Shown: positions 9,143-20,506 of the stretch, piece by piece
Numbering within the stretch: position 1 is the first letter of the stretch
Layout: each line of letters starts with the position of its first letter
Source of the DNA: Thermoanaerobaculia bacterium
GTDB lineage: Bacteria; Acidobacteriota; Thermoanaerobaculia; Gp7-AA8
Length of the DNA stretch: 64,000 bases
Assembly (NCBI GenBank): GCA_017883205.1
Contig: JADGNZ010000035.1
Location: 444 to 64,443, forward strand
Direction of reading: 5' to 3'
Program-made: the position numbers and the translations under genes
Notes under the pieces: generated by a model
Told to the model about the DNA's origin: nothing
Database searches by the model: none
The model's input: only the letters and a program-made list of their open reading frames with translations

Positions 9143-9247
9143 GGTGTCGTTTGTCGGCGGTTGGGAGTCGTAGAAAAAAGGCCGAGCTCTCATCAGTTCC
9201 GCGCCGGTTTCTTCTTCGACACCCGACCCCCGAACACCGACACCCGC
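9113..9247. repeat. Hairpin element GGGAGTCGGGAGTCG...CGACACCCGACCCCCGAACACCGACACCC; left arm overlaps the last codons of pssA
   Basis: Imperfect inverted repeat. The left arm encodes the pssA C-terminal residues VGSRESQP. Confidence 0.65.
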
Positions 9248-9270
9248 ATGTGCTACAAATCGCGCCGCAA

Positions 9271-10269
9271 ATGACCGAGCCAAAGAAGCCCTCCGGCTAC
9301 CGCCTTGCCATCGTCAATCCGCAGACTCTGGTCGGCGCGGAGATCCAGTCGATCCTGCGCGAGCGCTCCTTTCCGTTCGCCAAAGTCGTCCTGCTCGACA
9401 GCAGCGGAACGGCGACCGGATTGCTGACGGAGATCGGCGACGAGCCCGCAGTGGTGCTCCCGGTTTCCGATGATGAGATGGAGGATTGCGACATCGTCTT
9501 CTTCTGCGGACCGGCCGAGAAGAATCGTGAATGGATCGAGCGCTACGACGATGACAACTTTGTGGCGATCGATCTCTCGCAACCTTCCAGCGCCGAGGAT
9601 GGGAAGCTGGTCATTGCCGGCGTGAATCTCGACGAAATCGACGCGCTTGACCGGCTGCTCATCTCGCCGCATCCGGCAGCGATTCCGATTGCGCTCATCC
9701 TCCACCAGATCGAGCGCATCAGCCGCGTGGAGAGTTGCACCGCAACGGTCGTGCAGCCGGCGTCCGAAGCGGGTCAGCTCGGCCTGGATGAGCTGGCCCG
9801 TCAGACGATCAGCGTCCTCAACATCCAGACCGTGCCGCAGGAAGTGTTCGACCGGCAACTGGCCTTCAATCTCTACCCCGCTCCGGAGCGCAACGAGGAG
9901 TACATCGCCTCGCAGATCCGCGCCCTGACCGATCCCACCACGCAACTGGCGCTCCTGATGACGCAGGGCACGATCTTTCACAGCCACACGTTCTCGCTCT
10001 TCGTGCGGACGAAAGAGGATCTCAGCGTGGAACGGATCACGACGTCGCTTCGCGAGAACGCCGCGATCGCGCTCGCGGAGGGCGACCAGGCCTTCGGCAC
10101 GATCGACGCGGCGGGCAAGGACGAAGTGCTGATCGCCGAGGTGCGGCCGGATGCGTCGATTCGCGGCGGCTTCTGGGTGTGGGCCGTCTGCGATAATCTC
10201 CGCCGCAGTTCCGCACTGAACGCCGTGCTCATCGCCGAGAAGGTATTGTTCGGAAGCGGAGTGAATTAG
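9271..10269 (+). CDS. Aspartate-semialdehyde dehydrogenase-like protein lacking the catalytic Cys
   Basis: Aligns with Asd: LVIAGVNLDEI..LLISPHPAAIPIALILHQI against ..IANPNCSTIQMV.., and the C-terminal GFWVWAVCDNLRRSSALNAVLIAEKVL against [20 protein letters not shown]. The start is taken at MTEPKK (9271), after the hairpin. Confidence 0.6.
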   Translation: MTEPKKPSGYRLAIVNPQTLVGAEIQSILRERSFPFAKVVLLDSSGTATGLLTEIGDEPAVVLPVSDDEMEDCDIVFFCGPAEKNREWIERYDDDNFVAIDLSQPSSAEDGKLVIAGVNLDEIDALDRLLISPHPAAIPIALILHQIERISRVESCTATVVQPASEAGQLGLDELARQTISVLNIQTVPQEVFDRQLAFNLYPAPERNEEYIASQIRALTDPTTQLALLMTQGTIFHSHTFSLFVRTKEDLSVERITTSLRENAAIALAEGDQAFGTIDAAGKDEVLIAEVRPDASIRGGFWVWAVCDNLRRSSALNAVLIAEKVLFGSGVN

Positions 10270-10276
10270 GGGCGCA

Positions 10277-10410
10277 GTGGATTGGTGATTAGTGATTAGT
10301 GGATAAATGACCCGCGGGTTTGCCAGTTACCGATCCACGAATCACTAGAATCCGACTGATCCGACTGATCCGACTGATCCGACTGATCTCCTGATCTCTC
10401 ACTAATCTGA
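10277..10410. repeat. Composite repeat: GATTAGTGATTAGTGGAT inverted repeat plus CCGACTGAT x4 tandem plus GATCTCCTGATCTCT motif
   Basis: 9-bp unit CCGACTGAT repeated 4 times, with flanking imperfect inverted repeats. Shares GATCTCCTGATCTCT with the elements at 52746..52924. Confidence 0.75.
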
Positions 10411-10440
10411 CCTGCTAAGCCAAGAAGGAGAAGACACCCC

Positions 10441-10929
10441 ATGCAAGACTTCTACGAACCGAAAGTCGGCGACGTAGCACCCGACTTTCGTCTGCCGTCG
10501 ACGCGCGGCAAAGAGATGACGCTGAAAGAGCACAAGGGCAAGGACGTCATCCTTTACTTTTATCCGAAGGACGATACGCCGGGCTGTACCGCCGAGGCCT
10601 GCTCGTTCCGGGATCACGAATCCGATCTCAGCAAAGCCCACGCGGTCGTCCTCGGCGTTTCCACCGACTCGCTGGAAAGTCACGATAAGTTCCGCGGCAA
10701 GTACGAGCTCAACTTCCCCCTCCTCTCCGACTCGATGGGCGACATCGTGAAAATGTACGGCGTCTGGAAAGAGAAGAACATGTACGGCAAGCGCTATTGG
10801 GGCGTGGCCCGCACAACGTTCTGGATCGGCCCGGACGGCAAGATCAAGAAGATCTGGAAAAAGGTCGACACGAAGCGCCACGCGGAAGAGGTGCTGGCCG
10901 CGCTGGACGAAGCGCACGCGAAGAAATAG
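10441..10929 (+). CDS. bcp: Peroxiredoxin Bcp (thiol peroxidase)
   Basis: FYPKDDTPGCTAEACSFRD peroxidatic Cys motif. RBS AAGGAGAAG upstream. Confidence 0.9.
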   Translation: MQDFYEPKVGDVAPDFRLPSTRGKEMTLKEHKGKDVILYFYPKDDTPGCTAEACSFRDHESDLSKAHAVVLGVSTDSLESHDKFRGKYELNFPLLSDSMGDIVKMYGVWKEKNMYGKRYWGVARTTFWIGPDGKIKKIWKKVDTKRHAEEVLAALDEAHAKK

Positions 10930-10934
10930 CGTTT

Positions 10935-11006
10935 CATCTGCGCACCATCTGCGTCATCTGCGGAAAAAGCTTTGGTCCGCAGATTACGCAGATGGGCGCA
11001 GATGGG
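10935..11006. repeat. Hairpin element CATCTGCGCACCATCTGCGTCATCTGCGG...CCGCAGATTACGCAGATGGGCGCAGATGGG
   Basis: Inverted repeat with three CATCTGCG subrepeats per arm, after the bcp stop. Confidence 0.8.
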
Positions 11007-11083
11007 AACCTGCACGATTCGGCATCGTCTAATAAACGATCTCCTCCCTTCCCGAGTAGAGGTTGTTTGAGAACGCACGAACG

Positions 11084-11695
11084 ATGACTGCCGAGGCGCT
11101 TTTGACGATGGATGTAACCGTAGCACTCCGGGTGTCGGAGACGGCGCCGGCGCTCCTCGCGGCAATCCGCCTGGCCCGCGACGGTGACGAGCGTGCCTTC
11201 GAGGAGATCATGCTCGCATCCCAACATCGTGTCGCATTGCTTTCGTGGCGAATCCTGGGGGATGCCGAAGAGGTCAAGGAAGCGACGCAGGAGACGTTTC
11301 TGCGCGTCTTCCGCCACCTGCACGGCTACGACGAGCAGCAGAACTTCTTCGGCTGGCTCTTCCGGGTCACGGTAAACGTCTGCCGCGATCTGGAGAAGAA
11401 ACGCAGACGGCGCTGGATCTTCGCTCCGTTCGATTCCGCGGTGAACATCGCCAGCAGCGCACGCGCCGCGGACGACGATCTTGCGGCGAAGGACGAAGTC
11501 GTGATGCTGACGCGCGCCATCGACGCGCTGCCGGCGAAAGAGCGGCTGGCGATCATCCTGCGCGACGTCGAGGAGCTGCCGACCGACGAAGTGGCCGCAA
11601 TCCTCGGCAGCTCGCCCGCAACGGTGCGGGTGCAAATCAGCAAAGCACGCGCAAAGCTGCGCACATGGATCGAAGCGCGAGGAGGTTCGCGATGA
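11084..11695 (+). CDS. RNA polymerase ECF-type sigma-70 factor
   Basis: Sigma region 2 (ETFLRVFRHLHGYDEQQNFFGWLFRVTVNVCRD) and region 4 (LPAKERLAIILRDVEELPTDEVAAILGSSPATVRVQISKARAKLR). Confidence 0.8.
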   Translation: MTAEALLTMDVTVALRVSETAPALLAAIRLARDGDERAFEEIMLASQHRVALLSWRILGDAEEVKEATQETFLRVFRHLHGYDEQQNFFGWLFRVTVNVCRDLEKKRRRRWIFAPFDSAVNIASSARAADDDLAAKDEVVMLTRAIDALPAKERLAIILRDVEELPTDEVAAILGSSPATVRVQISKARAKLRTWIEARGGSR

Positions 11696-12204
11696 AGATG
11701 ACCGAGTTCCGTTCGACGCATCCGCTGACTGACGACGACCTGGCCGCGGTCCGCGCCAACGTCATGGCCACGATCGGCGCGCAAAGCAAGCGGCGCGGAA
11801 TCCCTCTGTTTGTGCGCCTGGCTATTGCCGCGCTGCTCGTCATCGCCATCGGCATCAGCTTCCTCGCCAGACGGCAGACACCGGCTTCGCTGATTACCAG
11901 CAACCCGCATGTCGTTACACCGACGATCACGCACCGTGTAGCACCGGCGGCTCCGCAGGTGAACACAACCATCGAGACCGCGCGCGCTGCGCTGCCGTCA
12001 AACGCCGTTCAATCAGCGAAGGCTTCGATGCCGAAACGGGTGGCCTCCCAGCCAGTTGCCCGCGCTGTCTACCGGCCAAAACATCGTCCACCGCAGAATC
12101 CCGAGTACCAAACCATCCGCATGGAAATCCGGACGCCGGATCCCGACGTCCGCATCATCTGGATCGCGAACCAGACCCCGACAACAACAGGAGGCAACTC
12201 ATGA
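11692..12204 (+). CDS. Putative anti-sigma factor (single transmembrane helix)
   Basis: ATGA-coupled to the sigma factor. MKMTEFRSTHPLTDDDLAAV, then the transmembrane helix LFVRLAIAALLVIAIGISFLA. Confidence 0.5.
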   Translation: MKMTEFRSTHPLTDDDLAAVRANVMATIGAQSKRRGIPLFVRLAIAALLVIAIGISFLARRQTPASLITSNPHVVTPTITHRVAPAAPQVNTTIETARAALPSNAVQSAKASMPKRVASQPVARAVYRPKHRPPQNPEYQTIRMEIRTPDPDVRIIWIANQTPTTTGGNS

Positions 12205-13001
12205 AACGACTCATCGTCATCATCGCTGCACTGCTCATCTCCGCTGCCGCGCTGGCACAAGAGAAAAGCCAGGACAAGAACACAGAGGAGTACAACACGA
12301 CGCGCGAGCTCCAGAGCAAAGTCTTCGAGGTGCACAGCCGCGACGCACGCGAAATCGCCTCGTCCGTAAAGCTGCTGGGCAGCGGCTTCAAAGGCACGGC
12401 CCTCAGCGTCAACGAGGACCTGCACACAATCACCGTCCGCGATTTCAAGGAAAACATCATCGCCATCGAGAGCGCCATCGCGCGGCTCGATCAACCCGTC
12501 GCCGACACGCCCAACATCGAGATGAAAATCTCCGTCCTGATCGGATCGAAGACTCCGCTCGCCGGCGCCGAAAGCATCCCCGAGGAATTGGAGCCTGTGG
12601 TCAAGCAGCTTCAATCGACGCTCCGCTACGCGCACTACGGCCTGATGACGGCCACCGTACAGCGCACGAAGCCAGGCCTCGGCATCAACGGTTCCGGCGT
12701 CGCCGAGCCCACGCTTCTCGGCATGACGGTTCGCGAAGGACAACCGATCCTCTACACCTACAACCTGTTCCAGATCTCTACGACCAGCGGCGAACGCCCC
12801 GCGATCGACATCCAAAATTTCAAATTCTCGATGCGCGTCCCCATCACCGTCGGCGCTACCCAACCAATCCAGTACCAGTCGGTCGGCTTCGAGACCCCCG
12901 TCTCCGTCCGCCAAAATGAAAAGGTAGTCATCGGCACAACGACCATGGGCGACAAAGCGCTGATCGTGGTGGTAACTGCGACGGTGGTGCCGAAGGGGTA
13001 G
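12201..13001 (+). CDS. Secreted protein with two secretin-N/STN-like repeats
   Basis: ATGA-coupled. Signal peptide MKRLIVIIAALLISAAALAQ. Two similar modules (VFEVHSRDAREIASSVKLLGSG... / ...). Confidence 0.55.
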   Translation: MKRLIVIIAALLISAAALAQEKSQDKNTEEYNTTRELQSKVFEVHSRDAREIASSVKLLGSGFKGTALSVNEDLHTITVRDFKENIIAIESAIARLDQPVADTPNIEMKISVLIGSKTPLAGAESIPEELEPVVKQLQSTLRYAHYGLMTATVQRTKPGLGINGSGVAEPTLLGMTVREGQPILYTYNLFQISTTSGERPAIDIQNFKFSMRVPITVGATQPIQYQSVGFETPVSVRQNEKVVIGTTTMGDKALIVVVTATVVPKG

Positions 13002-13056
13002 GAACGATCTCGCAACTCTTCACACTCCCCTTCACACTCTTGCCAAACTCTCCGAT

Positions 13057-13140
13057 CGAGCGACTTCTCCCCCACGCTTTTGTGGGGGAGAGGGTCTCCG
13101 GAAGCACCGAAGGTGGCACACGGAAGGCCGGATGAGGGGG
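13057..13140. repeat. Solo copy of the 3971/4119 element (CGAGCGACTTCTCCCCCACGCTTTTGTGGGGGAGAGGG...GGCCGGATGAGGGGG)
   Basis: Shares both ends and the internal stem with the units at 3971-4034 and 4119-4179, with a roughly 30-bp internal insertion. Confidence 0.7.
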
Positions 13141-13174
13141 TTCAAATGGGCCGCAACGGAAGCGACCGAGCCGC

Positions 13175-13372
13175 CTAATCGTCCAGCTTTCTGTCGGCGA
13201 TGACGCCACCCATAGCCACAACGCGGCGGGGCGCAAAGCTCACGAGCCGGTCTGCGTGCTGGTCCTCGCGTTGACGAAGATAGTCGAACAGTTTGTCGAG
13301 GTCGTTGCCAACCTCGTTCATCAGTTCCTCGCGCAGTTTGCGAGTTTCAGCGACGATCGGATCTTCGTGCAT
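13175..13372 (-). CDS. Small hypothetical protein (65 aa)
   Basis: MHEDPIVAETRKLREELMNEVGNDLDKLFDYLRQ... Co-oriented with and immediately downstream of the aminotransferase gene. No family recognised. Confidence 0.35.
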   Translation of the reverse strand: MHEDPIVAETRKLREELMNEVGNDLDKLFDYLRQREDQHADRLVSFAPRRVVAMGGVIADRKLDD

Positions 13373-13428
13373 CGTTCAGCCTTCCATCAGTTCCTCGGGT
13401 TATCCACACGCTGCGGTTGAACGCCGCC

Positions 13429-14589
13429 CTACACCGCCGCCGGTTTGAACGCCCGAATCCGGTTGCACGCTTCTTCCAGCGAGGCGAAGTCCTTCGCGAA
13501 GCAGAAGCGGAGCATGCGTTTGCCGGTCTCTGAGGCGAAGAAGGCTGAGCCGGGAACCGAGGCGACACGCGAGGTTTCGAGGAGGGATTGCGCGGCTTCG
13601 CGGTCGTCGCGGAAGTCGTCTGGGATTTTCGCGAGCATGTAGTAGGCGCCTTGCGGGACCGAGGGCTCGAAGCCGGCTTCGTGGAGTGCGGCGGCGAGCA
13701 TGTCGCGTTTCTTCTGGTAGTCGGCGGCGAGGTCGGTGTAGTAATCGTCGCCGATGTCGAGGGCGCGGGCGATGCCCCATTGCAGCGGCGTCGGGGCGCA
13801 GACGTAGAACAAATCGTTGACGAGTCCGATCGATGACGAGATCCGTGCATCGACGGCGACGTAGCCGATGCGCCAACCGGTCACGGAAAATGTCTTCGAA
13901 AAGCCGCTGATCGTGATCGTCAGATCGCGGCACGATTCGATCGACGCCATCGACACGTGGCGGAGGCCGTCGTAGACGATGTACTCGTAGATCTCGTCGG
14001 TATAGGCCCAGGCGCCAAACTCGCGGCAGAGCGCGCCGATCTTTTCCATCTCGTCGCGCGTGAAGACTTTGCCGCAGGGATTCGACGGCGTGCAGACGAC
14101 GATGCCGCGCGTCTTCGGACCGAACGCGGCGCGCAGCGCATCGAAATCGATCGACCAGTCGGGAGCGGTCAACGGCACGAACTTCGGCACGATGCCGAGG
14201 ACGCGCAGGGTGTTGAGGTGGTAGCCGTAGTAGGGCTCGAAGAGGATGACTTCGTCGCCGGCGTTGAGGGTGGCCAGCGTTGCCGCGGCAAATCCGCCGG
14301 TCGATCCCACCGTCACGATCACCTCGGTGGCCGGATCGACTTTGAAGCCGTTGAAGCGCTCGATCTTCCGGGCGATTTTCTCGCGCAACGGATCGATCCC
14401 TTCGAACTTCGAGTAGGTCGCTTTGTTCGTGCGGATGGCCTCGCAGGCGCCGTCGACGAGCTCGGGAATCGTCGGCAGATCGCAGATGCCTTGCCCGAGG
14501 TTGATACCGCCGACGCGCTCGCATTCGCGGGACATGCGGCGGATGTCAGACTGCACGAGGCCGCGGAGACGATCGCTGATCTGGTTCAT
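13429..14589 (-). CDS. Pyridoxal-phosphate-dependent aminotransferase, class I/II
   Basis: SGFSKTFSVTGWRIGY (PLP-lysine region) and YGYHLN..PSNPCG. The start is taken at MNQISD (14587-14589); the longer ORF is a repeat-encoded extension. Confidence 0.85.
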   Translation of the reverse strand: MNQISDRLRGLVQSDIRRMSRECERVGGINLGQGICDLPTIPELVDGACEAIRTNKATYSKFEGIDPLREKIARKIERFNGFKVDPATEVIVTVGSTGGFAAATLATLNAGDEVILFEPYYGYHLNTLRVLGIVPKFVPLTAPDWSIDFDALRAAFGPKTRGIVVCTPSNPCGKVFTRDEMEKIGALCREFGAWAYTDEIYEYIVYDGLRHVSMASIESCRDLTITISGFSKTFSVTGWRIGYVAVDARISSSIGLVNDLFYVCAPTPLQWGIARALDIGDDYYTDLAADYQKKRDMLAAALHEAGFEPSVPQGAYYMLAKIPDDFRDDREAAQSLLETSRVASVPGSAFFASETGKRMLRFCFAKDFASLEEACNRIRAFKPAAV

Positions 14590-14601
14590 GGTGGGTAGTT
14601 T

Positions 14602-14704
14602 AAAGCACAGACAAGAGTGTCTGTGCCACATTGAGCTGCGCGACAGGAAGCCCTGAGCAAAGAAGCAGGTGCGATGGGGCACAGACACTCTTGTCTGTGC
14701 TTTC
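14602..14704. repeat. Hairpin element AAAGCACAGACAAGAGTGTCTGTGCC...GGCACAGACACTCTTGTCTGTGCTTT
   Basis: 26-bp perfect inverted repeat separated by about 50 nt. Each arm is itself palindromic. Confidence 0.85.
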
Positions 14705-14707
14705 GAA

Positions 14708-15547
14708 TTATGACGACCGAAACACCCCCGCCCACCACTCCCCTTTCGATCGCTCTTCAACGATCGACAGTCCGTGCTTCGCGCACGCGGCAACAACGTC
14801 ATCTCGCTTGATCACGAGGATGCCGCTGAGGATCAGAGAGCCGCCGACGTGTGGCTTCACGTCGCCGAGGAGCGGGATGATGACCTCGGGAATGATGTTC
14901 ATGGTGATGATGTCGAAGGCACCGCCGCGCAACGCATCGACTCCACCGATGAAGAGCGGCATCCGATCGGGCTCGACGTCGTTGCGGGCGCGGTTCTCGC
15001 GCAGCGCCGCGAACGCGTCGACGTCGTTGTCGAAGGCGCTGACCTGCTGCGCGCCGAGGCGGCACATGGCCAGGGCGAGGATGCCGCTGCCGGCGCCGAT
15101 GTCGAGCCCTCGTTTACCGGCGACGTCCATCGTTTCCAGGATCTCGATGCAGAGCGATGTCGTTTCATGGGAGCCGGTGCCGAAGGCTTGCTCCTGCGGG
15201 ACGACCAGCGCGTGGCGTTTGGTATCGCTCGGGATCAGCCTGGCATCGGGAGCGACGATGAAACGCTTGCCGATGAATAGCGGCTCGAGCGATTGCTGGT
15301 AATGCTCGAGCCAATCGATCCGTTCGCGCTCGGTGGCGTGGAGCTCGATGCCTTCAATATCGCGCAACTCCGCCTCGGCAGCGTCACGATCGTGTGCGGA
15401 ATCGAAGTATGCGGAAACGATCGATTGGCCGCTCTCAACGATTGCTGCGCTGCCGGTCGATTGCGTGAGGAACAGCCGCGACTGCACGAGATCTTCGAGC
15501 GCGAGGTCGCGCGCGTCAAAGGAGACGTCGAGGATGAAGTCCTTCAC
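14708..15547 (-). CDS. prmA: Ribosomal protein L11 methyltransferase
   Basis: [26 protein letters not shown]-binding motif. Confidence 0.8.
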   Translation of the reverse strand: MKDFILDVSFDARDLALEDLVQSRLFLTQSTGSAAIVESGQSIVSAYFDSAHDRDAAEAELRDIEGIELHATERERIDWLEHYQQSLEPLFIGKRFIVAPDARLIPSDTKRHALVVPQEQAFGTGSHETTSLCIEILETMDVAGKRGLDIGAGSGILALAMCRLGAQQVSAFDNDVDAFAALRENRARNDVEPDRMPLFIGGVDALRGGAFDIITMNIIPEVIIPLLGDVKPHVGGSLILSGILVIKRDDVVAACAKHGLSIVEERSKGEWWAGVFRSS

Positions 15548-16161
15548 GCTTCCGGAACGCCGTAAAGTTCGACGTAGTCTTCCATCGCCGCCTGCACGAC
15601 CGCGTGGGCGTGCGCGAAGCCGTACGAGCCGGAGACGCGGATGTGGACAGGCTCGCCCGGCACGAGCTTGTACGTGGCGAAGTAGTGCTCGAGCCGCTCG
15701 ATGAGCACGGAGGGAACGTCGCTGAGGTCGTGGGCCTCGCCCCAGACGTAATCGCCCTGCAAGACAGCGATGATCTTGTCGTCCGCCTCATCGCGATCGA
15801 CCAGCTGCAATCCGCCGATGACGCGCGCGGAGAGGATGATCTCCGACTTGGCGATCGGCCGCTCGCTGAGGACGCAGATGTCGAGCGGATCACCGTCGCC
15901 GCGCTTGGTGACCGGCGTCAGAGCGGCGACGCGTGGACCGCAGTACGTTCTGGGGATGAAACCGTAGAGCGCAGGCGGTTGCGACGATGTTCGCTGCGGA
16001 CGATCGACGCGAAGGTAGCCGCTCGCCTTGTCGACCTCGTACTTGATGAGATCGAACGGGGTGATCTCAATGTAGGCGTTGACGATGCTCGGGACATCCG
16101 AACCGGTGGGCAGTCCGTGCCAGGGATGGGGACGCCAGCGGGAGAAGTTCTGATCGGCCAC
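15544..16161 (-). CDS. ppa: Inorganic pyrophosphatase (family I)
   Basis: [27 protein letters not shown], with DPLDICVL and DDKIIAV active-site regions. Confidence 0.85.
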   Translation of the reverse strand: MADQNFSRWRPHPWHGLPTGSDVPSIVNAYIEITPFDLIKYEVDKASGYLRVDRPQRTSSQPPALYGFIPRTYCGPRVAALTPVTKRGDGDPLDICVLSERPIAKSEIILSARVIGGLQLVDRDEADDKIIAVLQGDYVWGEAHDLSDVPSVLIERLEHYFATYKLVPGEPVHIRVSGSYGFAHAHAVVQAAMEDYVELYGVPEA

Positions 16162-16195
16162 GGGGAAGAATTCTAACGCGATGCTTCCGCGGCGA

Positions 16196-16627
16196 TCATT
16201 GCCACAGTTTCCATGGATTCAGTACCGGCACATTCGCGCGCTCAAATTCAGTTGTGTCACGAGAAACGACCGTCAGTCCATGGTGAACAGCGGTCGCCGC
16301 GATCATGAGATCCGCCTGCGAAAAAGTGTGGCCAGTCTTGCGTCCCTTCTCAATGAGTAGTCGCCACTTCAGTAAGATGTCTTCGGTGATCTCGAGAACT
16401 CGGTTCTCGAACATCGGACGCGCCTGGTTGACCAACCATTCCGTCAGTTCCATTCGCCGGCCCGCATCCTTCAAGATCTCGATGCCGAATCGAATCTCGG
16501 CAAATGTGACGACGCTGACGAACAGGCGATGGAACTGCTGTCCGGATACAAACCGCACAACGTTCGCGTCCGGCTTCGGGCGCCGCAACTCGGACACGAC
16601 GTTCGTATCGAGCAACCAGCCGTTCAC
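16196..16627 (-). CDS. vapC: PIN-domain toxin VapC
   Basis: [12 protein letters not shown]...VTFAEIRFG...SRDTTEF, a PIN fold with conserved acidic residues. Confidence 0.85.
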   Translation of the reverse strand: MNGWLLDTNVVSELRRPKPDANVVRFVSGQQFHRLFVSVVTFAEIRFGIEILKDAGRRMELTEWLVNQARPMFENRVLEITEDILLKWRLLIEKGRKTGHTFSQADLMIAATAVHHGLTVVSRDTTEFERANVPVLNPWKLWQ

Positions 16628-16920
16628 AGCTTCACAGGGCGAGTACGTGCCGGTGTGCGAACGCGCTCGATGGTGATGTCGCGCAACGGCGAATTCTGCA
16701 GCATCCTCACGAGCACCTCCCCGGTTGGTTGGCCCTTCGCCCGGCGATACTCTTCCACCGAGATCACAACCACCTCTTCGCGGCCGTGCACCGTGATCTG
16801 CTGCGGGCCTTCTGTTTTCGCCTTGCGCACAACCTCACTGAACCGGGCTTTCGCATCTTGAAGAGACCACTGTCCTGGAGTATTTGTGACCTTTGCGGCG
16901 GATTCTCGAATTCTAGTCAT
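16624..16920 (-). CDS. vapB: Phd/YefM-family antitoxin (VapB partner)
   Basis: WSLQDAKARFSEVVRKAKTEGPQQITVHGREEVVVISVEEY. The stop overlaps the vapC start. Confidence 0.75.
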   Translation of the reverse strand: MTRIRESAAKVTNTPGQWSLQDAKARFSEVVRKAKTEGPQQITVHGREEVVVISVEEYRRAKGQPTGEVLVRMLQNSPLRDITIERVRTPARTRPVKL

Positions 16921-16936
16921 AGTGACTAGTATACGC

Positions 16937-18055
16937 CTACGGCGCCGTGAAAAAGTCCTTCACCTTCCCGAACACGCCCTTGTCCTGCATCGGGGTCTCG
17001 CCTTCCAGCTCTGCGTAGCGCGCCAGCAGATCGCGATGCGCTTCGTCGAGGGTTGTCGGGATGCGCACGGAGACGTGGACGTAGTGGTCGCCGCGGCCGG
17101 GGCCCTGGAGGAACTGCACGCCCTTGTTGCGGAGGCGGAAGATCTGGTTCGGTTGGGTACCGGGAGGAACGCGCAGCGGCTCCGTTCCTTCGATGGTCGC
17201 GGTCTGCAGGTCGGCGCCGAGGGCGGCCTGGGTGAACGAAATGGTCTGTTCGGAATGGATGTCGTAGTCGCGGCGCGTAAAGGTGGCGTGCTCGCGAACG
17301 GCGAGGAAAACGTACAGGTCGCCGGATGGTCCGCCGTTGAATCCGGCTTCGCCTTCGCCCGCCACGCGCAGACGCGAGCCGTCGTCGACGCCTGCCGGGA
17401 TCTTGACCGAGATCGTCTTCTCTTCGCGTACGCGGCCGGCGCCGTCGCACGACGCGCACGGATCCTTGATGACCTTTCCGGCGCCGCCGCATTGCGGGCA
17501 CGTGCGAGCGACCGCGAAGAAGCCCTGCGAGTAGCGCACTTGTCCGCGGCCCGCGCATCCGGTGCAGGTGACCGGTTGCGTGCCCGCTTTCGCGCCGCTG
17601 CCGTGACAGACGCTGCACGTGGCAACGCGGGGAACGTCGATCGTCACATCCTTGCCGAAGACCGCTTCCTCGAATTCGAGGGTGAGGTCGTAGCGGAGAT
17701 CGTTTCCACGCGCGGCGCGGGTGGTGCGCTTGCGGCCGGTACCGAAGAAGTCGCCGAATCCGAAGAGGTCGCCGAGGATGTCGCCGAAGTCGGCGAACTG
17801 GCTTGGATCAAAGCCGCCGCCACCGACGGCCTGGTGGCCGAAGCGGTCGTAGCGTGCGCGTTTCTCGTCATCCGAAAGCACGCCATACGCCTCGGCCGCT
17901 TCCTTGAACTTCTCCTCGGCATCCGCATCGCCCGGATTCTTGTCGGGGTGGTACTTCACGGCCAGGCGGCGGTATGCCTTCTTGATGTCGTCGACGGCGG
18001 CGGTGCGGGCGATGCCGAGGACTTCGTAGTAGTCGCGTTTTTCTGTCGTAGCCAT
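16937..18055 (-). CDS. dnaJ: Chaperone DnaJ
   Basis: J-domain HPDKNP, a G/F-rich linker, and four CxxCxGxG zinc-finger repeats. Confidence 0.95.
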   Translation of the reverse strand: MATTEKRDYYEVLGIARTAAVDDIKKAYRRLAVKYHPDKNPGDADAEEKFKEAAEAYGVLSDDEKRARYDRFGHQAVGGGGFDPSQFADFGDILGDLFGFGDFFGTGRKRTTRAARGNDLRYDLTLEFEEAVFGKDVTIDVPRVATCSVCHGSGAKAGTQPVTCTGCAGRGQVRYSQGFFAVARTCPQCGGAGKVIKDPCASCDGAGRVREEKTISVKIPAGVDDGSRLRVAGEGEAGFNGGPSGDLYVFLAVREHATFTRRDYDIHSEQTISFTQAALGADLQTATIEGTEPLRVPPGTQPNQIFRLRNKGVQFLQGPGRGDHYVHVSVRIPTTLDEAHRDLLARYAELEGETPMQDKGVFGKVKDFFTAP

Positions 18056-18058
18056 CGT

Positions 18059-19900
<1,842 letters not shown>

Positions 19901-19903
19901 GAA

Positions 19904-20506
19904 TTACGTGCCTGACGGCGCGGCATCCTCCGGTCCACCAACCGCAACCTTGACCATTGCCGGGCGAATCAAGCGGTCGTGGAGAAAGTAACCCTTCTGC
20001 ATGACTTCAACGACGGTGTGCGACGGGACGGATGAGTCCTCCACGCGAACGACTCCCTCATGGATGTTCGGATCGAAGCGGACGCCGGACTCCGTGATCG
20101 GCTTCAGGCCGTGCCGCTGGAGGACGTCGAAGAGTTGCTTGTAGATGAGGGCCATGCCTTTGTGAAACTCGTCGCCCTCTTCCGCATGATCGAGGCCGCG
20201 GTCGAAGTTGTCGAGCACCGGGAGGAGATCACGAATCAACCCGGCCAGGGCGTAGCGCTGGAAGTCGTTCTTCTCACGCTCGGAGCGTTTGCGAAAGTTC
20301 TCGAAGTCGGCGAGCGTGCGGAGGTAGCGGTCGCGGAAGTCGTCCGCAACGGGTCCTTCGGCCGGTGCGGCCGGACCGTCAACAGCTTCCTTCGCCGCCA
20401 CTTCCATTTCGTGCTCGATGTCCTCGACCGTGTCGCCGGTGTCTTCGATCACGTAGCGGTCGTCGTCCAGGGTGTCACCACCATTCGGGTCGTTCTTTTC
20501 GTTCAC
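19904..20506 (-). CDS. grpE: Nucleotide exchange factor GrpE
   Basis: RTLADFENFRKRSEREKND...LLPVLDNFDRG. The start is taken at GTG 20504-20506, overlapping the hrcA stop (GTGA); the longer ATG ORF would overlap hrcA by 230 nt. Confidence 0.8.
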   Translation of the reverse strand: MNEKNDPNGGDTLDDDRYVIEDTGDTVEDIEHEMEVAAKEAVDGPAAPAEGPVADDFRDRYLRTLADFENFRKRSEREKNDFQRYALAGLIRDLLPVLDNFDRGLDHAEEGDEFHKGMALIYKQLFDVLQRHGLKPITESGVRFDPNIHEGVVRVEDSSVPSHTVVEVMQKGYFLHDRLIRPAMVKVAVGGPEDAAPSGT

